Positions 49,749 through 63,397 of a DNA stretch of 64,000 nucleotides are shown piece after piece (positions within the stretch are counted from its first letter, which is position 1; every line of letters begins with the position of its first letter). The notes beneath the pieces were generated by a model that saw nothing but the letters and a program-made list of their open reading frames with translations, was not told where the DNA came from and searched no databases. Location of the stretch: NCBI GenBank assembly GCA_037146835.1, contig JBAWWI010000002.1, positions 4,302 to 68,301 on the forward strand. The letters run 5' to 3'. Source of the DNA: Actinomycetes bacterium. Lineage in GTDB: Bacteria > Actinomycetota > Acidimicrobiia > IMCC26256. The translations under genes and the position numbers were made by a program.

Positions 49749-50075
49749 TTAGACGCCCTGAAGCTTGATCTCGATATCGACCCCAGCAGGGAGATCGAGG
49801 CGCTGAAGCGACTCAATCGTCTTTGCGGCAGGGTCAACGATGTCGATTAGACGCTTGTGGATACGCATCTCAAAGTGCTCGCGAGAGTCCTTGTTGACGT
49901 GTGGTGAGCGAATAACGGTATAGCGGTGCTTCTCCGTGGGGAGAGGGATCGGTCCGCGGATCTTGGCTCCAGTACGAACAACGGTCTCGACGATCTTCTT
50001 CGTCGACTGATCGATGATCTCGTGGTCATAGGCCTTGAGCCGGATTCGGATTTTTTGCCCCTTGGCGTCAGCCAT
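49749..50075 (-). CDS. rpsJ: 30S ribosomal protein S10
   Basis: [25 protein letters not shown]. Confidence 0.99.
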   Translation of the reverse strand: MADAKGQKIRIRLKAYDHEIIDQSTKKIVETVVRTGAKIRGPIPLPTEKHRYTVIRSPHVNKDSREHFEMRIHKRLIDIVDPAAKTIESLQRLDLPAGVDIEIKLQGV

Positions 50076-50107
50076 GGTGTGCCTCTCGTTTTCTTTTAGT
50101 TAAAGAC

Positions 50108-51295
50108 TTACTTGATGATGCTGACCACGCGACCAGCACCCACTGTACGACCACCCTCACGAATAGCGAAACGGAGACCTTCCTCCATCGCGATCGGGTT
50201 AATCAACTCCACATTCATCTCAGTGTTGTCACCCGGCATAACCATCTCCACACCATCAGGCAAAGCAATCATGCCCGTAATGTCAGTAGTACGGAAATAG
50301 AACTGCGGACGATAGTTACCAAAGAAAGGAGTATGGCGACCACCCTCCTCCTTCGTCAACACATACACCTGAGCAAGAAACTCAGTGTGAGGAAGAATCG
50401 AACCCGGCTTAGCCAAAACCTGACCACGCTCAACATCTTCTTTCTTCGTTCCACGAAGAAGAGCACCAATGTTGTCCCCAGCACGCCCCTCATCAAGAAG
50501 CTTGCGGAACATCTCAACACCAGTACAAGTCGTCTTCGTCGTAGGACGAATACCAACAATCTCAATCTCGTCGTTGACGTTCACAATTCCACGCTCAACA
50601 CGACCAGTAACAACAGTTCCACGACCAGTGATCGTGAACACATCCTCAATAGGCATCAAGAAAGGCTTATCAATCTCACGCACAGGCTCAACAATGAAGT
50701 CATCAACAGCAGCCATCAAATCGAGAATTGCTTGACCCCACGTCTCGTCGCCCTCAAGAGCTTTAAGCGCAGAAACACGCACAATTGGAGTGTCATCACC
50801 AGGAAAGTCGTACTCGTTAAGAAGCTCACGAACCTCGAGCTCTACAAGCTCAAGAAGCTCCTCATCATCAACCATGTCGGACTTATTCAAAGCCACAACA
50901 ATTGAAGGCACACCAACCTGGCGAGCAAGCAACACATGCTCACGCGTCTGAGGCATAGGACCATCAGTAGCAGCAACAACAAGAATCGCGCCATCCATCT
51001 GCGCAGCACCCGTGATCATGTTCTTGATGTAGTCAGCGTGACCAGGGCAGTCAACATGCGCATAGTGACGATTATCAGTCTCATACTCAACATGAGAAAT
51101 AGAGATCGTTATTCCACGAGCCTTCTCCTCAGGAGCCTTATCGATCTGATCAAACGCAGTCGCAGTCACATTCGGATTGTGATCAGCCAACACCCGCGTA
51201 ATCGCAGCAGTCAACGTGGTCTTCCCATGGTCAATATGACCAATCGTTCCGATATTCAAATGCGGCTTATTACGCTCAAACTTTGCCTTACCCAT
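50108..51295 (-). CDS. tuf: Elongation factor Tu
   Basis: [26 protein letters not shown]. Confidence 0.99.
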   Translation of the reverse strand: MGKAKFERNKPHLNIGTIGHIDHGKTTLTAAITRVLADHNPNVTATAFDQIDKAPEEKARGITISISHVEYETDNRHYAHVDCPGHADYIKNMITGAAQMDGAILVVAATDGPMPQTREHVLLARQVGVPSIVVALNKSDMVDDEELLELVELEVRELLNEYDFPGDDTPIVRVSALKALEGDETWGQAILDLMAAVDDFIVEPVREIDKPFLMPIEDVFTITGRGTVVTGRVERGIVNVNDEIEIVGIRPTTKTTCTGVEMFRKLLDEGRAGDNIGALLRGTKKEDVERGQVLAKPGSILPHTEFLAQVYVLTKEEGGRHTPFFGNYRPQFYFRTTDITGMIALPDGVEMVMPGDNTEMNVELINPIAMEEGLRFAIREGGRTVGAGRVVSIIK

Positions 51296-51369
51296 TTTGG
51301 GTCTCGCTCCTTCTCGCGTCGAACGCGTAGTTGCTCATTATTTCTTGGCTTCTATTACTGATGACCTTT

Positions 51370-51417
51370 ACTGAAGTACTGAAGTACTGGAGTACTGAAG
51401 TGCTGGAGTGCTGAAGT
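51370..51417 (+). repeat. 8-bp tandem repeat RCTGRAGT x6 in the fusA-tuf spacer
   Basis: actgaagt actgaagt actggagt actgaagt gctggagt gctgaagt, then a degenerate gcgcagt. Confidence 0.93.
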
Positions 51418-51433
51418 GCGCAGTGCTCGCCCG

Positions 51434-53521
<2,088 letters not shown>

Positions 53522-53643
53522 TTGTTTTCGTCTGCTCTCGTGAGTGAGTCGTTTTATGCGTCTGAGTAATGTTTTTTGTCAATTTTGTTCTTAACCAATT
53601 TGGATCTTTATTGCTTATTCGTAATAGCGGTGCTGTCGCGGCT

Positions 53644-53701
53644 GCGGCGTCGGAGTCGTAGCCGGCGGTCGGTAAGACCGTAGACACGACACCGACGCCG
53701 C
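53644..53701 (-). promoter_or_regulatory. Long GC-rich stem-loop in the rpsG-fusA spacer
   Basis: Perfect 10-bp arms GCGGCGTCGG (53644-53653) and CCGACGCCGC (53692-53701), with further inner pairing. Confidence 0.6.
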
Positions 53702-53732
53702 CCCCGCTTGCGTCGTTTTGGCTATGCACCTA

Positions 53733-54203
53733 CTACCAGCGGTAGTGGGCGAACGCCTTGTTAGATTCGGCCATTTTCTGAAGGTCATCTTTGCGCTTGA
53801 TAGCTGCACCGAGACCATTGCTGGCATCCATAATCTCAGATGCAAGACGCTCCGCCATCGTGCGCTCGCGGCGCTGGCGTGAGTAACCAACTACCCAGCG
53901 AATGGCAAGGGTAGTTGCACGGCGTGGTCGCACCTCAACGGGAACCTGGTAAGTAGCTCCACCAACTCGGCGGCTACGAACCTCAAGTGCTGGGCGAACA
54001 TTCTCGACTGCACGCTTGAGAGTAGGCACCGGGTCGGAGCCTGTCTTACGCTCAATCTCAGAGAGTGCGTCATAGACGATCTTCTCTGCAGTAGAGCGCT
54101 TGCCTTGAACAAGAATCTTGTTTACTAGCTGAGTAACTACAACCGAACGGTAAACCGGGTCGGGGAGAAGTTCTCTGCGTGCTGCTGGTCCTTTACGTGG
54201 CAT
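53733..54203 (-). CDS. rpsG: 30S ribosomal protein S7
   Basis: [26 protein letters not shown]. Confidence 0.99.
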   Translation of the reverse strand: MPRKGPAARRELLPDPVYRSVVVTQLVNKILVQGKRSTAEKIVYDALSEIERKTGSDPVPTLKRAVENVRPALEVRSRRVGGATYQVPVEVRPRRATTLAIRWVVGYSRQRRERTMAERLASEIMDASNGLGAAIKRKDDLQKMAESNKAFAHYRW

Positions 54204-54205
54204 CT

Positions 54206-54574
54206 CTAGCCCTTCTTCGCGCCGTAGCGGCTACGGGCCTGCTTGCGGTTGGCGACGCCACTTGCATCGAGCGCACCGCGCACGATTTTGTAGCGGACAC
54301 CAGGGAGGTCTTTCACGCGGCCACCACGCACAAGCACAATGGAGTGCTCCTGCAGGTTGTGGCCGACGCCTGGGATGTAAGCCGTAATCTCAACACCGGT
54401 GCTGAGACGCACACGAGCAACTTTGCGGAGTGCAGAGTTTGGCTTCTTAGGAGTAGTCGTAAAGACGCGCGTGCATACGCCGCGTCGCTGCGGTGATCCC
54501 TTGAGTGCTGGGGTCTTTGACTTATCTACTTTGGACTCTCGGCCCTTACGGACCAATTGAGCGATGGTGGGCAC
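54206..54574 (-). CDS. rpsL: 30S ribosomal protein S12
   Basis: GTG start, [26 protein letters not shown]. Confidence 0.99.
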   Translation of the reverse strand: MPTIAQLVRKGRESKVDKSKTPALKGSPQRRGVCTRVFTTTPKKPNSALRKVARVRLSTGVEITAYIPGVGHNLQEHSIVLVRGGRVKDLPGVRYKIVRGALDASGVANRKQARSRYGAKKG

Positions 54575-54658
54575 AGGTCTCCTGTGATGTTAAAAACTTC
54601 TCGGATAACGACGATCTCGGTTAGCTGCGCCAGAAGGCGGGTGCGCACCGGGTCGCCA

Positions 54659-54688
54659 AGGATACGGTCAGGGCGCCTCGCCGGGCAA
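54659..54688 (-). promoter_or_regulatory. Putative housekeeping-sigma promoter of the str operon
   Basis: Minus strand TTGCCC-N18-TATCCT, about 85 nt upstream of rpsL. Confidence 0.55.
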
Positions 54689-54721
54689 ACCCCAGCGATA
54701 ATTGCCCCTTCCGGGATTGAA

Positions 54722-57700
54722 TCAAGCTCCGGCTGCGCTCTCCCCCGGCTCGTCTGTCTCGTCACTCTCGAGAATCTCAAGGGTCTCAAGAACCTCTAGA
54801 ACCTCGGCGACCTCCTCGATCGCTGCTAGCTCTTCGAGGGCCTCGATAGCCACCTCAGCGGCGACAATCTCCTCGAAAATCTCTACCGCTGCGATTGCTT
54901 CGATCTCAGCGATCTCCTCTGGAGTTGCCCCAACCTCAGCGATTGCGACGGCCTCCATGATGTCCGAGATCGCAGCTACGGCGTCCTCTGCAACCTTGTC
55001 CTCGATTGCCTCGAATACCTCTTCGACCGCCTCGACGACTTCCTCGATCGCAGTCTCAATTACCTCTGCGGCTACCGCTTGATCCTTCGCACTTGAGGCA
55101 TGGGTCCAGGAGAGATCCGGGGCCGCCTGCTCCTCATGCGCAGTGGTCAAGTACTCGAGAAGACCCTCTGTGTCTGATGAGTAATAAGGCATTGGCTCAT
55201 AGAAGGGAGCCTCGGTAGCAATCTCGCGGTAGACGGGCATTCCCGTACCAGCCGGGATGAGCTTGCCGATGATGACATTCTCCTTGAGGCCCTCGAGTCC
55301 GTCTTCACGACCCTCGATAGCTGCCTCGGTAAGCACTCGGGTTGTCTCCTGGAAGGAGGCAGCCGATAGCCATGAGTCCGTGGCGAGAGATGCCTTCGTG
55401 ATTCCCATCAACTCTGGGCGACCCTCAGCGGGGCGCTTTCCATCATCAACGAGTGCCTTGTTGGTCTCCGCATACTTGCGAGAGTCGACCTTGGAGCCCG
55501 GAAGGAACTCCGTGTCTCCAGGCTCAAGCACGGTTACACGACGAAGCATCTGACGAACGATTACCTCAACGTGCTTGTCGTGGATTGACACACCCTGCTC
55601 GCGGTACACGTTCTGTACCTGGTCAACGAGGTACTGCTGAGTAGCGCGAATTCCAAGAATGTCGAGAATACGCTTTGGATCACGTGGTGTTGAGGCCTCG
55701 CCGACGAGTGCATCTCCGGCTGTTACCTCTGAACCGTTAGCAACCTGAAGGCGAGCACGACGTGATACTGGGTACTCGTCCTCTGTTCCATCATCTGCGA
55801 TAACAGTGATGACCAACTCGCCCTTCTCGTTCTCTCCGAGACGAACAACACCTGTCGTTGCGGTCAAGACTGCAGCACCCTTAGGTGTACGTGCCTCGAA
55901 CAACTCAACGACGCGTGGAAGACCGTGAGTGATGTCCTCTCCAGCTACACCACCAGTGTGGAAGGTACGCATGGTGAGCTGTGTTCCAGGCTCACCAATT
56001 GACTGAGCAGCGATGATGCCTACTGCCTCGCCAAGCTCAACCATCTTCCCAGTGGCGAGCATCGTTCCGTAGCAGGTGCTGCAGATTCCACGAGTTGAGT
56101 CACAGGTAAGTGCAGAGCGAACACGAATACGCTTCACAGCGGAGTCGTCGCGCAGCACATCGGTTAGTTCCTCAGTGATCTCAGTGTTGCGCGGAAGCAC
56201 AGTTCCATCGGCCAACTTAAGGTCCTCGGCGAGGCAACGGCTGCGAATAGTGGTACGCAGTGTGCGCTGGGACTCTGGCCCAACATCCTCAATCCAGATT
56301 CCACGAGTTGAACCACAGTCAATGTCACGCACGATTAGTTCCTGCGAAACGTCAACGAGTCGACGTGTCAGGTAACCAGAGTCAGCGGTACGAAGTGCAG
56401 TATCGGCGAGACCCTTGCGTGCACCGTGAGTTGAGATGAAGTACTCAAGGACCGAGAGGCCCTCACGGAAGTTGCTCTTGATGGGTCGAGGAATGATCTC
56501 GCCACGTGGGTTCGCGACTAGACCACGCATACCTGCGATCTGACGGACCTGCATGACGTTTCCGCGAGCGCCGGATCCAATCATCATCTCGATTGGGTTG
56601 AAGATGTCACCCTGCTGAAGCTCGCGCATCACCTTGGTTACATCCTCGGTCGCGCTTGTCCAGATCTCGATCTCACGCTGACGACGCTCTTCGTCGGTCA
56701 GGATGCCCTGCTCATACTGCTGCTCAACCTTTGCGGCCTTGACCTCATTCTCGTTAAGCAGTTTTGCCTTCTCAGGCGGGGTACGAACATCGGCGATCGA
56801 GATGGTGAGCCCAGCACGAGTTGCGTAGTCGAATCCAAGGTCTTTCAGGTTGTCGAGTGAACGAGCAACCTCAGCCTTATCAAACTGCGCAACCAAGTTG
56901 CTGACAACATCGGATACATCGCCCTTACGGAACGCTGTGTCGTTGTTCCCAAATGGGAAAGCCATCGCTGCTGGGAGTGCCTCAGCAAAGCGAAGGCGTC
57001 CAAGAGATGTCTCAACAAGCACTCGGTCATCAGAGGCGCGACGTACTACGGGGTTATCTGCAGCGGCAGGATCAGTGATCCACTCGCCCTTAGCTTCATC
57101 CCAGTTCTCGCGTGCCTTGAACTGCTCGGCAGGGAACCTATCGCCAGAGACGCGAATGCGTAACGGGCGGTGAAGGTTTACCCCTGGAGCACCGTTAGCT
57201 GCACGCGTGTCATATGCCATAGTCGCTTCGTTAAGAGATGCGAATACTTCGCGCTCCTCATCGGCGAGGTCTGAGAACTTACGGATTACACCGTTGTCAT
57301 CGGTCTCTAGAACCGTTAGGTAGTAGGCGCCGATAATCATGTCCTGGCTAGGAACCGCGATCGGGCTTCCATGTGCAGGTGAGAGCACGTTGTGTGCGCT
57401 CAGCATGAGGATACGGGCCTCGGCCTGAGCCTCGGCACTTAGGGGAAGGTGGACAGCCATCTGGTCACCATCGAAGTCGGCGTTGAACGCCGAGCAGACG
57501 AGTGGGTGGATCTGAATGGCCTTGCCCTCGATGAGAACAGGCTCGAAGGCCTGGATACCAAGACGGTGAAGAGTTGGGGCGCGGTTTAGGAACACTGGGT
57601 GCTCCATGATCACGTCTTCGAGCACATCCCACACCTGCGGGCGTGCACGCTCAACCATGCGCTTTGCAGACTTGATGTTCTGCGCGTACTCAAGATCTAC

Positions 57701-59098
57701 AAGCTTCTTCATAACGAAAGGCTTGAAGAGCTCTAGTGCCATCTGCTTTGGAAGTCCGCACTGGCGGAGTTTGAGCTGAGGTCCGGCAACAATTACGGAA
57801 CGGCCTGAGTAGTCAACGCGCTTGCCGAGAAGGTTCTGACGGAATCTTCCCTGCTTGCCCTTCAACATGTCAGAGAGCGACTTCAGGGGACGGTTACCTG
57901 GGCCCGTTACCGGGCGTCCACGGCGGCCGTTGTCGAATAGTGCGTCGACAGCCTCCTGAAGCATGCGCTTCTCGTTGTTGATGATGATCTCTGGCGCACC
58001 GAGATCAAGTAGTCGCTTAAGACGGTTATTACGGTTAATAACACGTCGGTATAGGTCGTTTAGGTCGGAGGTCGCGAAGCGTCCACCATCGAGCTGCACC
58101 ATTGGTCGCAGGTCCGGCGGGATAACTGGGACGCAGTCAAGAACCATGCCGAGCGGGGAGTTAACAACCTTGCCGTTCTCATCACGACGGTTGAACGCGG
58201 AGACAACTTTAAGGCGCTTGATGGAGCGAGCCTTCTTCTGTCCCTTTGCACTCTGGCTAAGTTCTTTGAGCTCAATCTCCTCAGACTCGAGGTCGAGACG
58301 GCTGATGAGATCCTTAACGGCCTCTGCACCCATGCCGCCAGCGAAGTACTCGCCGACTCGATACCTGATCTCGCGCCATACGCGCTCGTCGTCGATGAGT
58401 TGCTTGACCTTCAGAGACTTAATCGTGTCGAAGACAGTCTTCTCGAAGTCGAGGTCAAACTGAGCACGCTCGCGGATCTCCTCAACCTCGCGCTCGGCGA
58501 GTTTGCGGATCTTGTCGGTATCGGCCTTCTTGGCTCCACCGGCCTCTGCGGTAGCAAGCTCTGTCTCAAGTGCCTGAAAACGTGCCTCAATCTCGAGGTC
58601 GCGCTTCTTCTCCATGTCGCCGATCTCGGCCTTGGACTCTGCCTCGATGGTTGGGCGATCGGTGTGGAGACGCTCGGTATCGACCCATGTAACAAGGTTC
58701 GATGCGAAGTAGATGACCTTCTCGAGCTGCTTTGGTGCAATGTCGAGCAGGTAGCCAAGACGGCTTGGAACACCCTTGAAGTACCAGATGTGAGTAACAG
58801 GCGCGGCCAGCTCAATGTGGCCCATACGCTCGCGACGAATCTTCGAGCGAGTGACCTCTACGCCACAGCGCTCGCAGATGATGCCTTTAAAGCGGACGCG
58901 CTTGTACTTGCCGCAGTAGCACTCCCAGTCCTTCGTCGGGCCGAAGATCTTCTCGCAGAAGAGTCCGTCCTTCTCAGGCTTGAGGGTTCGGTAGTTGATC
59001 GTCTCTGGCTTCTTTACCTCACCGTCTGACCACGCGCGGATCTGGTCCGCTGTGGCGAGAGAGATAGAGAGCTTGTCTGAGGCGTTGACGTCGAGCAC
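54722..59098 (-). CDS. rpoC: RNA polymerase beta' subunit with actinobacterial insertion and long acidic C-terminal tail
   Basis: NADFDGD catalytic motif, zinc finger [18 protein letters not shown] trigger loop; GTG start. Confidence 0.99.
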   Translation of the reverse strand: MLDVNASDKLSISLATADQIRAWSDGEVKKPETINYRTLKPEKDGLFCEKIFGPTKDWECYCGKYKRVRFKGIICERCGVEVTRSKIRRERMGHIELAAPVTHIWYFKGVPSRLGYLLDIAPKQLEKVIYFASNLVTWVDTERLHTDRPTIEAESKAEIGDMEKKRDLEIEARFQALETELATAEAGGAKKADTDKIRKLAEREVEEIRERAQFDLDFEKTVFDTIKSLKVKQLIDDERVWREIRYRVGEYFAGGMGAEAVKDLISRLDLESEEIELKELSQSAKGQKKARSIKRLKVVSAFNRRDENGKVVNSPLGMVLDCVPVIPPDLRPMVQLDGGRFATSDLNDLYRRVINRNNRLKRLLDLGAPEIIINNEKRMLQEAVDALFDNGRRGRPVTGPGNRPLKSLSDMLKGKQGRFRQNLLGKRVDYSGRSVIVAGPQLKLRQCGLPKQMALELFKPFVMKKLVDLEYAQNIKSAKRMVERARPQVWDVLEDVIMEHPVFLNRAPTLHRLGIQAFEPVLIEGKAIQIHPLVCSAFNADFDGDQMAVHLPLSAEAQAEARILMLSAHNVLSPAHGSPIAVPSQDMIIGAYYLTVLETDDNGVIRKFSDLADEEREVFASLNEATMAYDTRAANGAPGVNLHRPLRIRVSGDRFPAEQFKARENWDEAKGEWITDPAAADNPVVRRASDDRVLVETSLGRLRFAEALPAAMAFPFGNNDTAFRKGDVSDVVSNLVAQFDKAEVARSLDNLKDLGFDYATRAGLTISIADVRTPPEKAKLLNENEVKAAKVEQQYEQGILTDEERRQREIEIWTSATEDVTKVMRELQQGDIFNPIEMMIGSGARGNVMQVRQIAGMRGLVANPRGEIIPRPIKSNFREGLSVLEYFISTHGARKGLADTALRTADSGYLTRRLVDVSQELIVRDIDCGSTRGIWIEDVGPESQRTLRTTIRSRCLAEDLKLADGTVLPRNTEITEELTDVLRDDSAVKRIRVRSALTCDSTRGICSTCYGTMLATGKMVELGEAVGIIAAQSIGEPGTQLTMRTFHTGGVAGEDITHGLPRVVELFEARTPKGAAVLTATTGVVRLGENEKGELVITVIADDGTEDEYPVSRRARLQVANGSEVTAGDALVGEASTPRDPKRILDILGIRATQQYLVDQVQNVYREQGVSIHDKHVEVIVRQMLRRVTVLEPGDTEFLPGSKVDSRKYAETNKALVDDGKRPAEGRPELMGITKASLATDSWLSAASFQETTRVLTEAAIEGREDGLEGLKENVIIGKLIPAGTGMPVYREIATEAPFYEPMPYYSSDTEGLLEYLTTAHEEQAAPDLSWTHASSAKDQAVAAEVIETAIEEVVEAVEEVFEAIEDKVAEDAVAAISDIMEAVAIAEVGATPEEIAEIEAIAAVEIFEEIVAAEVAIEALEELAAIEEVAEVLEVLETLEILESDETDEPGESAAGA

Positions 59099-59162
59099 TG
59101 GTGAATCTCCGTCGTTGCAGTTAGTCGGGTGGGTTGACAGTTGTTACTTGGTAAAAAAGGTG

Positions 59163-62100
59163 TTACTTGTTTGCTTCACGCTCTCTGCGGCGTGCCTCAT
59201 CCTCTTCATCTGATCCGCGCTCATTACGAGAGAGATCGATTCCGAGAGACTCGGTTGTTCTAAAGGCGTCCTCATCAAGTTCCTTGATCTGGACCTCTCC
59301 ACCATCTGCGTCAAGAACACGCACATTGAGGCAGAGTGCCTGCATTTCTTTAATAAGTACCTTGAAGGACTCGGGGATCCCGGGCTCCGGGATGTTCTCG
59401 CCCTTCACGATTGCCTCGTAGACCTTTACTCGGCCCAAGACATCGTCGGATTTGATAGTGAGAATCTCTTGGAGCGCGTATGCGGCGCCGTAGGCCTCAA
59501 GTGCCCAGACCTCCATCTCACCAAATCGCTGACCACCGAACTGTGCCTTACCACCGAGCGGCTGCTGGGTGATCATGGAGTACGGGCCTGTCGAGCGAGC
59601 ATGGATCTTGTCGTCGACAAGATGTGAAAGCTTCAGGATGTACATGTAGCCAACGGTGATGTCCTGGTCAAACGGCTCGCCTGTGCGGCCGTCGAACAAC
59701 TGAGCCTTACCGTTTGTGTTGGCTAGACGCGAGTCGTCTGCAGACTCGATGTTTGAGTTGTCAGAGTGCATCTTGCCAAACAACTGCTGAATCGTGTCGT
59801 GCGGTCCGGCCTGATCCTCTTCGTCCCAGTGGGCGCCATCGAATACAGGGGTCTGAATCCACATTGCCGGCTCTGTGACAGGCCGTGTCTTGCGCGGCTC
59901 AGCTGGCTTCTTTGACTCGCCTGCCCAGCCGTGACGCGCTACATAACCAAGGTGAGCTTCTAGAGCCTGACCAACGTTCATGCGGCTCGGAATACCAAGC
60001 GGGTTCAGAACAATGTCGACAGGGGTTCCATCGGCGAGGTAGGGCATGTCCTCGGGGGGGAGAATCTTGGAGATAACTCCCTTGTTTCCGTGGCGCCCGG
60101 CGAGCTTATCGCCCTCGCTAATTTTACGCTTCTGTGCAACATAGACACGCACAAGTGCATTTACACCAGGTGCAAGTTCGTCTCCGTTGTCACGTGAGAA
60201 GACGCGAACATCGATGACCTTTCCGGTCTCACCGTGTGGAACCTTGAGGGAAGTATCGCGAACCTCGCGAGCCTTCTCTCCGAAGATTGCACGAAGGAGG
60301 CGCTCTTCTGGGGTTAGCTCGGTCTCACCCTTAGGTGTGACCTTTCCAACTAGAACATCTCCAGGGCCAACCTCAGCACCAACGCGCACGATTCCACGCT
60401 CATCAAGATCTTTAAGGATCTCCTCTGAGAGGTTAGGAATATCGCGAGTGATCTCCTCGGCACCAAGCTTGGTGTCGCGAGCATCAATCTCGTGCTCCTC
60501 AATGTGGATCGAGGTGAGAACGTCATCGCGAACGAGACGCTCATTGAGGATGATTGCATCCTCGAAGTTGTGACCCTTCCACGGAATCAGCGCTACGAGC
60601 AGGTTCTTGCCTAGGGCAAGTTCTCCACCGTGCGTAGAAGGTCCGTCGGCAAGAATCGCGCCGGCGGTAACTACATCGCCCTCTGTAACCAAGATCTTCT
60701 GGTTGATGCAGGTTCCCTGGTTAGAGCGGTTGAACTTACGAAGCTCGAAGACTTCCTTAGTTCCAGAGTTGTAGGTCATGGTGATCGTGTCGCCATTTAC
60801 CTCAGAGACTGTTCCGTCCTCTTTGGCAACGCAGAGTTCGCCTGCATCGTGTGCAGCGCGAGCCTCAACGCCTGTACCCACGTAAGGGGCCTCCGGGCGA
60901 ACAGTCGGGACTGCCTGACGCTGCATGTTGGCACCCATAAGTGCGCGGTTTGCATCGTCGTGCTCAAGGAATGGAATCAAAGCCGTAGCAACAGAGACAA
61001 TCTGCTTAGGCGAGACGTCCATGTAGTCAAGGTCTGCTGGGCTAACGAATGCAACCTCACCGCGACCCTTACGAGCTAGAACACGCTCATCAAGGAAACG
61101 GTTGTTGTCAGCAAGCTTCGCGTTTGCCTGAGCAATAACGTGCTTGTCTTCGTCGTCGGCCGCAAGGTAAACGACGTCGTCAGAGACGATGCCCTTAACA
61201 ACTGGTCGGTAAGGAGTCTCGATGAATCCGAAACGGTTGATACGTGCAAAGGATGCGAGGTACCCGATAAGACCGATGTTTGGTCCTTCTGGGGTCTCGA
61301 TCGGGCACATACGTCCGTAGTGAGAGGGGTGCACGTCTCGAACCTCGAAACCAGCACGCTCACGGCTAAGACCACCGGGTCCAAGGGCCGAGAGACGGCG
61401 CTTGTGGGTGAGCCCTGCAAGTGGGTTCGTCTGGTCCATGAACTGGCTGAGCTGCGAAGATCCGAAGAACTCCTTCATTGATGCAACTACCGGTCGGATG
61501 TTGATCAATGTCTGAGGAGTAATCGCCTCTTGGTCCTGAGTCGTCATGCGCTCACGCACAACGCGCTCCATGCGAGAGAGACCAACGCGGTACTGGTTTT
61601 GAATTAGCTCGCCGACAGAACGAACACGACGGTTACCGAAGTGGTCGATGTCGTCGGGGAAGTAATCATCTGGCTGGTCGTTAGCGTGAAGCTTCACGAG
61701 ATAAGAGACTGCGGCGATGATGTCGGCCTTGGAGAGTGTGAACTCTGCCTCGCCGCGCTCAGGGTTAGACGGAGGAACCGTAAGCCCAAGGCGATCCATA
61801 ACTGCCTTGACCTTGGGGTACTCGTCGCCAAGCTTCTTCGAGACTTTGTGGCGGCCAACCTTCGCGAGGTCGTAGCGCTTCGGGTTGAAGAAGAGAGTGT
61901 CGATGAGTTTTGTTGCTGCATCAACAGTTGGCGGCTCGCCTGGTCGCAACTTCTTGTAAAGCTCTACAAAAGCCTGATCAACAGTCTCAGTTGTGTCCTT
62001 CTCGAGCGTGTTGCGCATCGAGTCGTAAGGGTTTCCCTGTGGGTCAAGGATCAGGTTTAGAAGCTCTTCTTCAGTCTCTCCAAAGCCAAGCGCCTTCAAG

Positions 62101-62675
62101 AAGATCGTGATGGGCTGCTTACGCTTGCGGTCTACACGTACGTAGACAACATCTTTTTTATCTACTTCAAACTCAAGCCATGCACCGCGGCCAGGGATCA
62201 TCTTGGATCCAACCGTGTACTTCTCTGGCTGCAATTTGTCGGGCTCTACGCTGAAGTAAACACCAGGCGAACGTACAAGCTGCGATACAACAATGCGCTC
62301 GGTGCCGTTGATGATGAAGGTTCCGCGAGACGTCATCATGGGGAAGTCGCCCATGAATACTGTCTGCTCCTTGATCTCACCGGTAAGAGCATTCATGAAG
62401 CGCGCTGTAACGAAGAGGGGGCGCGAGTAGGTCATGTCGCGCTCGCGGCACTCGTCCTCGGTGTGTTTCGGCGGCTCGAAGAAGTGGTCTGTCAACTCAA
62501 GTCGGAGCTGCTCGGTGAAGTCGGTTACTGGCGAGATGTCGCGAAGTACCTCGGCTACACCTTCGTTGATGAACCACGCAAAGGATTCCTTCTGCACTGC
62601 CACGAGATCGGGCAGGGGAAGTACTTCTTTGTGTTGACCGAATGAATAACGGACACGGGACGCGAGGGGGGCCAA
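59163..62675 (-). CDS. rpoB: RNA polymerase beta subunit
   Basis: [42 protein letters not shown]; TTG 62675 after AAGGAG RBS. Confidence 0.99.
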   Translation of the reverse strand: MAPLASRVRYSFGQHKEVLPLPDLVAVQKESFAWFINEGVAEVLRDISPVTDFTEQLRLELTDHFFEPPKHTEDECRERDMTYSRPLFVTARFMNALTGEIKEQTVFMGDFPMMTSRGTFIINGTERIVVSQLVRSPGVYFSVEPDKLQPEKYTVGSKMIPGRGAWLEFEVDKKDVVYVRVDRKRKQPITIFLKALGFGETEEELLNLILDPQGNPYDSMRNTLEKDTTETVDQAFVELYKKLRPGEPPTVDAATKLIDTLFFNPKRYDLAKVGRHKVSKKLGDEYPKVKAVMDRLGLTVPPSNPERGEAEFTLSKADIIAAVSYLVKLHANDQPDDYFPDDIDHFGNRRVRSVGELIQNQYRVGLSRMERVVRERMTTQDQEAITPQTLINIRPVVASMKEFFGSSQLSQFMDQTNPLAGLTHKRRLSALGPGGLSRERAGFEVRDVHPSHYGRMCPIETPEGPNIGLIGYLASFARINRFGFIETPYRPVVKGIVSDDVVYLAADDEDKHVIAQANAKLADNNRFLDERVLARKGRGEVAFVSPADLDYMDVSPKQIVSVATALIPFLEHDDANRALMGANMQRQAVPTVRPEAPYVGTGVEARAAHDAGELCVAKEDGTVSEVNGDTITMTYNSGTKEVFELRKFNRSNQGTCINQKILVTEGDVVTAGAILADGPSTHGGELALGKNLLVALIPWKGHNFEDAIILNERLVRDDVLTSIHIEEHEIDARDTKLGAEEITRDIPNLSEEILKDLDERGIVRVGAEVGPGDVLVGKVTPKGETELTPEERLLRAIFGEKAREVRDTSLKVPHGETGKVIDVRVFSRDNGDELAPGVNALVRVYVAQKRKISEGDKLAGRHGNKGVISKILPPEDMPYLADGTPVDIVLNPLGIPSRMNVGQALEAHLGYVARHGWAGESKKPAEPRKTRPVTEPAMWIQTPVFDGAHWDEEDQAGPHDTIQQLFGKMHSDNSNIESADDSRLANTNGKAQLFDGRTGEPFDQDITVGYMYILKLSHLVDDKIHARSTGPYSMITQQPLGGKAQFGGQRFGEMEVWALEAYGAAYALQEILTIKSDDVLGRVKVYEAIVKGENIPEPGIPESFKVLIKEMQALCLNVRVLDADGGEVQIKELDEDAFRTTESLGIDLSRNERGSDEEDEARRREREANK

Positions 62676-62830
62676 CGTCACTCCTTGCAAGAAAGCGGGC
62701 GCGAAGCGACCACGGGATTGTGGTCAAGAGCAGGACAACAGGGCACGACTAGGTAAAGGCTAGCCGTCCGCAGCGAGGGTCGCAAGGCGCACGAAAGTGG
62801 GCGCCACCAAAGTGGCGTCAACTGACGGGC

Positions 62831-62859
62831 AGAGTACGACGGCATCGGCCTCAGGTCAA
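62831..62859 (-). promoter_or_regulatory. Putative rpoB promoter embedded in the post-rplL hairpin
   Basis: Minus strand TTGACC-N17-TACTCT (-35 at 62854-62859, -10 at 62831-62836). Confidence 0.65.
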
Positions 62860-62877
62860 GGACCTTTGCCGATGCCG
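62840..62877 (-). terminator. Stem-loop after rplL (terminator-like, no clear U-tract)
   Basis: 10-bp perfect arms CGGCATCGGC/GCCGATGCCG plus inner AGGTC/GACCT, 22 nt after the rplL stop. Confidence 0.55.
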
Positions 62878-62899
62878 GTACGACCCTCTTAGCGGTTTG

Positions 62900-63283
62900 T
62901 TACTTGACCTCTACAGAAGCGCCGGCTGCCTCGAGCTGGTCCTTTGCCTTCTGGGCATCTTCCTTGGAGACCTTCTCAACGACGGCCTTGGGGGCGGAGT
63001 CAACGAGGTCCTTGGCCTCCTTGAGACCGAGGCTCGTGAGGGCACGCACCTCCTTGATGACCTGAACCTTCTTGTCGCCAGCGGCGATAAGGATCACGTC
63101 AAACTCGTCCTGCTCTGCTGCTGCTCCACCGGCATCTCCACCAGCGGCTGGCGCTGCGGCGACTGCTGCGGGGGCAGCGGCTGTGACGCCGAACTCTTCC
63201 TCAAATGACTTAAGAAAGTCATTGAGCTCGAGGACGGTCATGCTCTTAAATACATCGAGTAGTTCACTGGTGCTCATAGCCAT
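62900..63283 (-). CDS. rplL: 50S ribosomal protein L7/L12
   Basis: [31 protein letters not shown]. Confidence 0.98.
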   Translation of the reverse strand: MAMSTSELLDVFKSMTVLELNDFLKSFEEEFGVTAAAPAAVAAAPAAGGDAGGAAAEQDEFDVILIAAGDKKVQVIKEVRALTSLGLKEAKDLVDSAPKAVVEKVSKEDAQKAKDQLEAAGASVEVK

Positions 63284-63345
63284 GGTGTTTTCTCCTTGCG
63301 GTGTGTCCGCTTCATCTATCTGCGGTTGGATGGGTTCTTCGTATT

Positions 63346-63361
63346 TCTAGATATATCTAGA
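63346..63361. repeat. 16-bp perfect palindrome TCTAGATATATCTAGA in the rplJ-rplL spacer
   Basis: Self-reverse-complementary, read directly. Confidence 0.9.
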
Positions 63362-63397
63362 TTTGTAGGTTATTTCTCTTGTTGCTTATGAAAATCT

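Noticed and set aside
51370-51417. Octamer array as a CRISPR remnant
   Set aside because: 8-bp contiguous units with no spacers and no cas genes.
54206-54574. Streptomycin-resistance changes in S12
   Set aside because: PKKPNS and RVKDLPG are wild type.
58420-58690. About 90-aa coiled-coil insertion near the RpoC N-terminus
   Set aside because: This is the known actinobacterial beta' insertion; used as taxonomic evidence only.
59140-59170. CAAGTAACA recurring at the rpoB and rplL stops
   Set aside because: Largely explained by a Lys-AAG codon followed by TAA; too short to be meaningful.
61384-61469. Ala at the RpoB position equivalent to E. coli Ser522 as a rifampicin-resistance allele
   Set aside because: NPLA also occurs in rifampicin-sensitive Bacillus; residues equivalent to D516, H526 and S531 are wild type.
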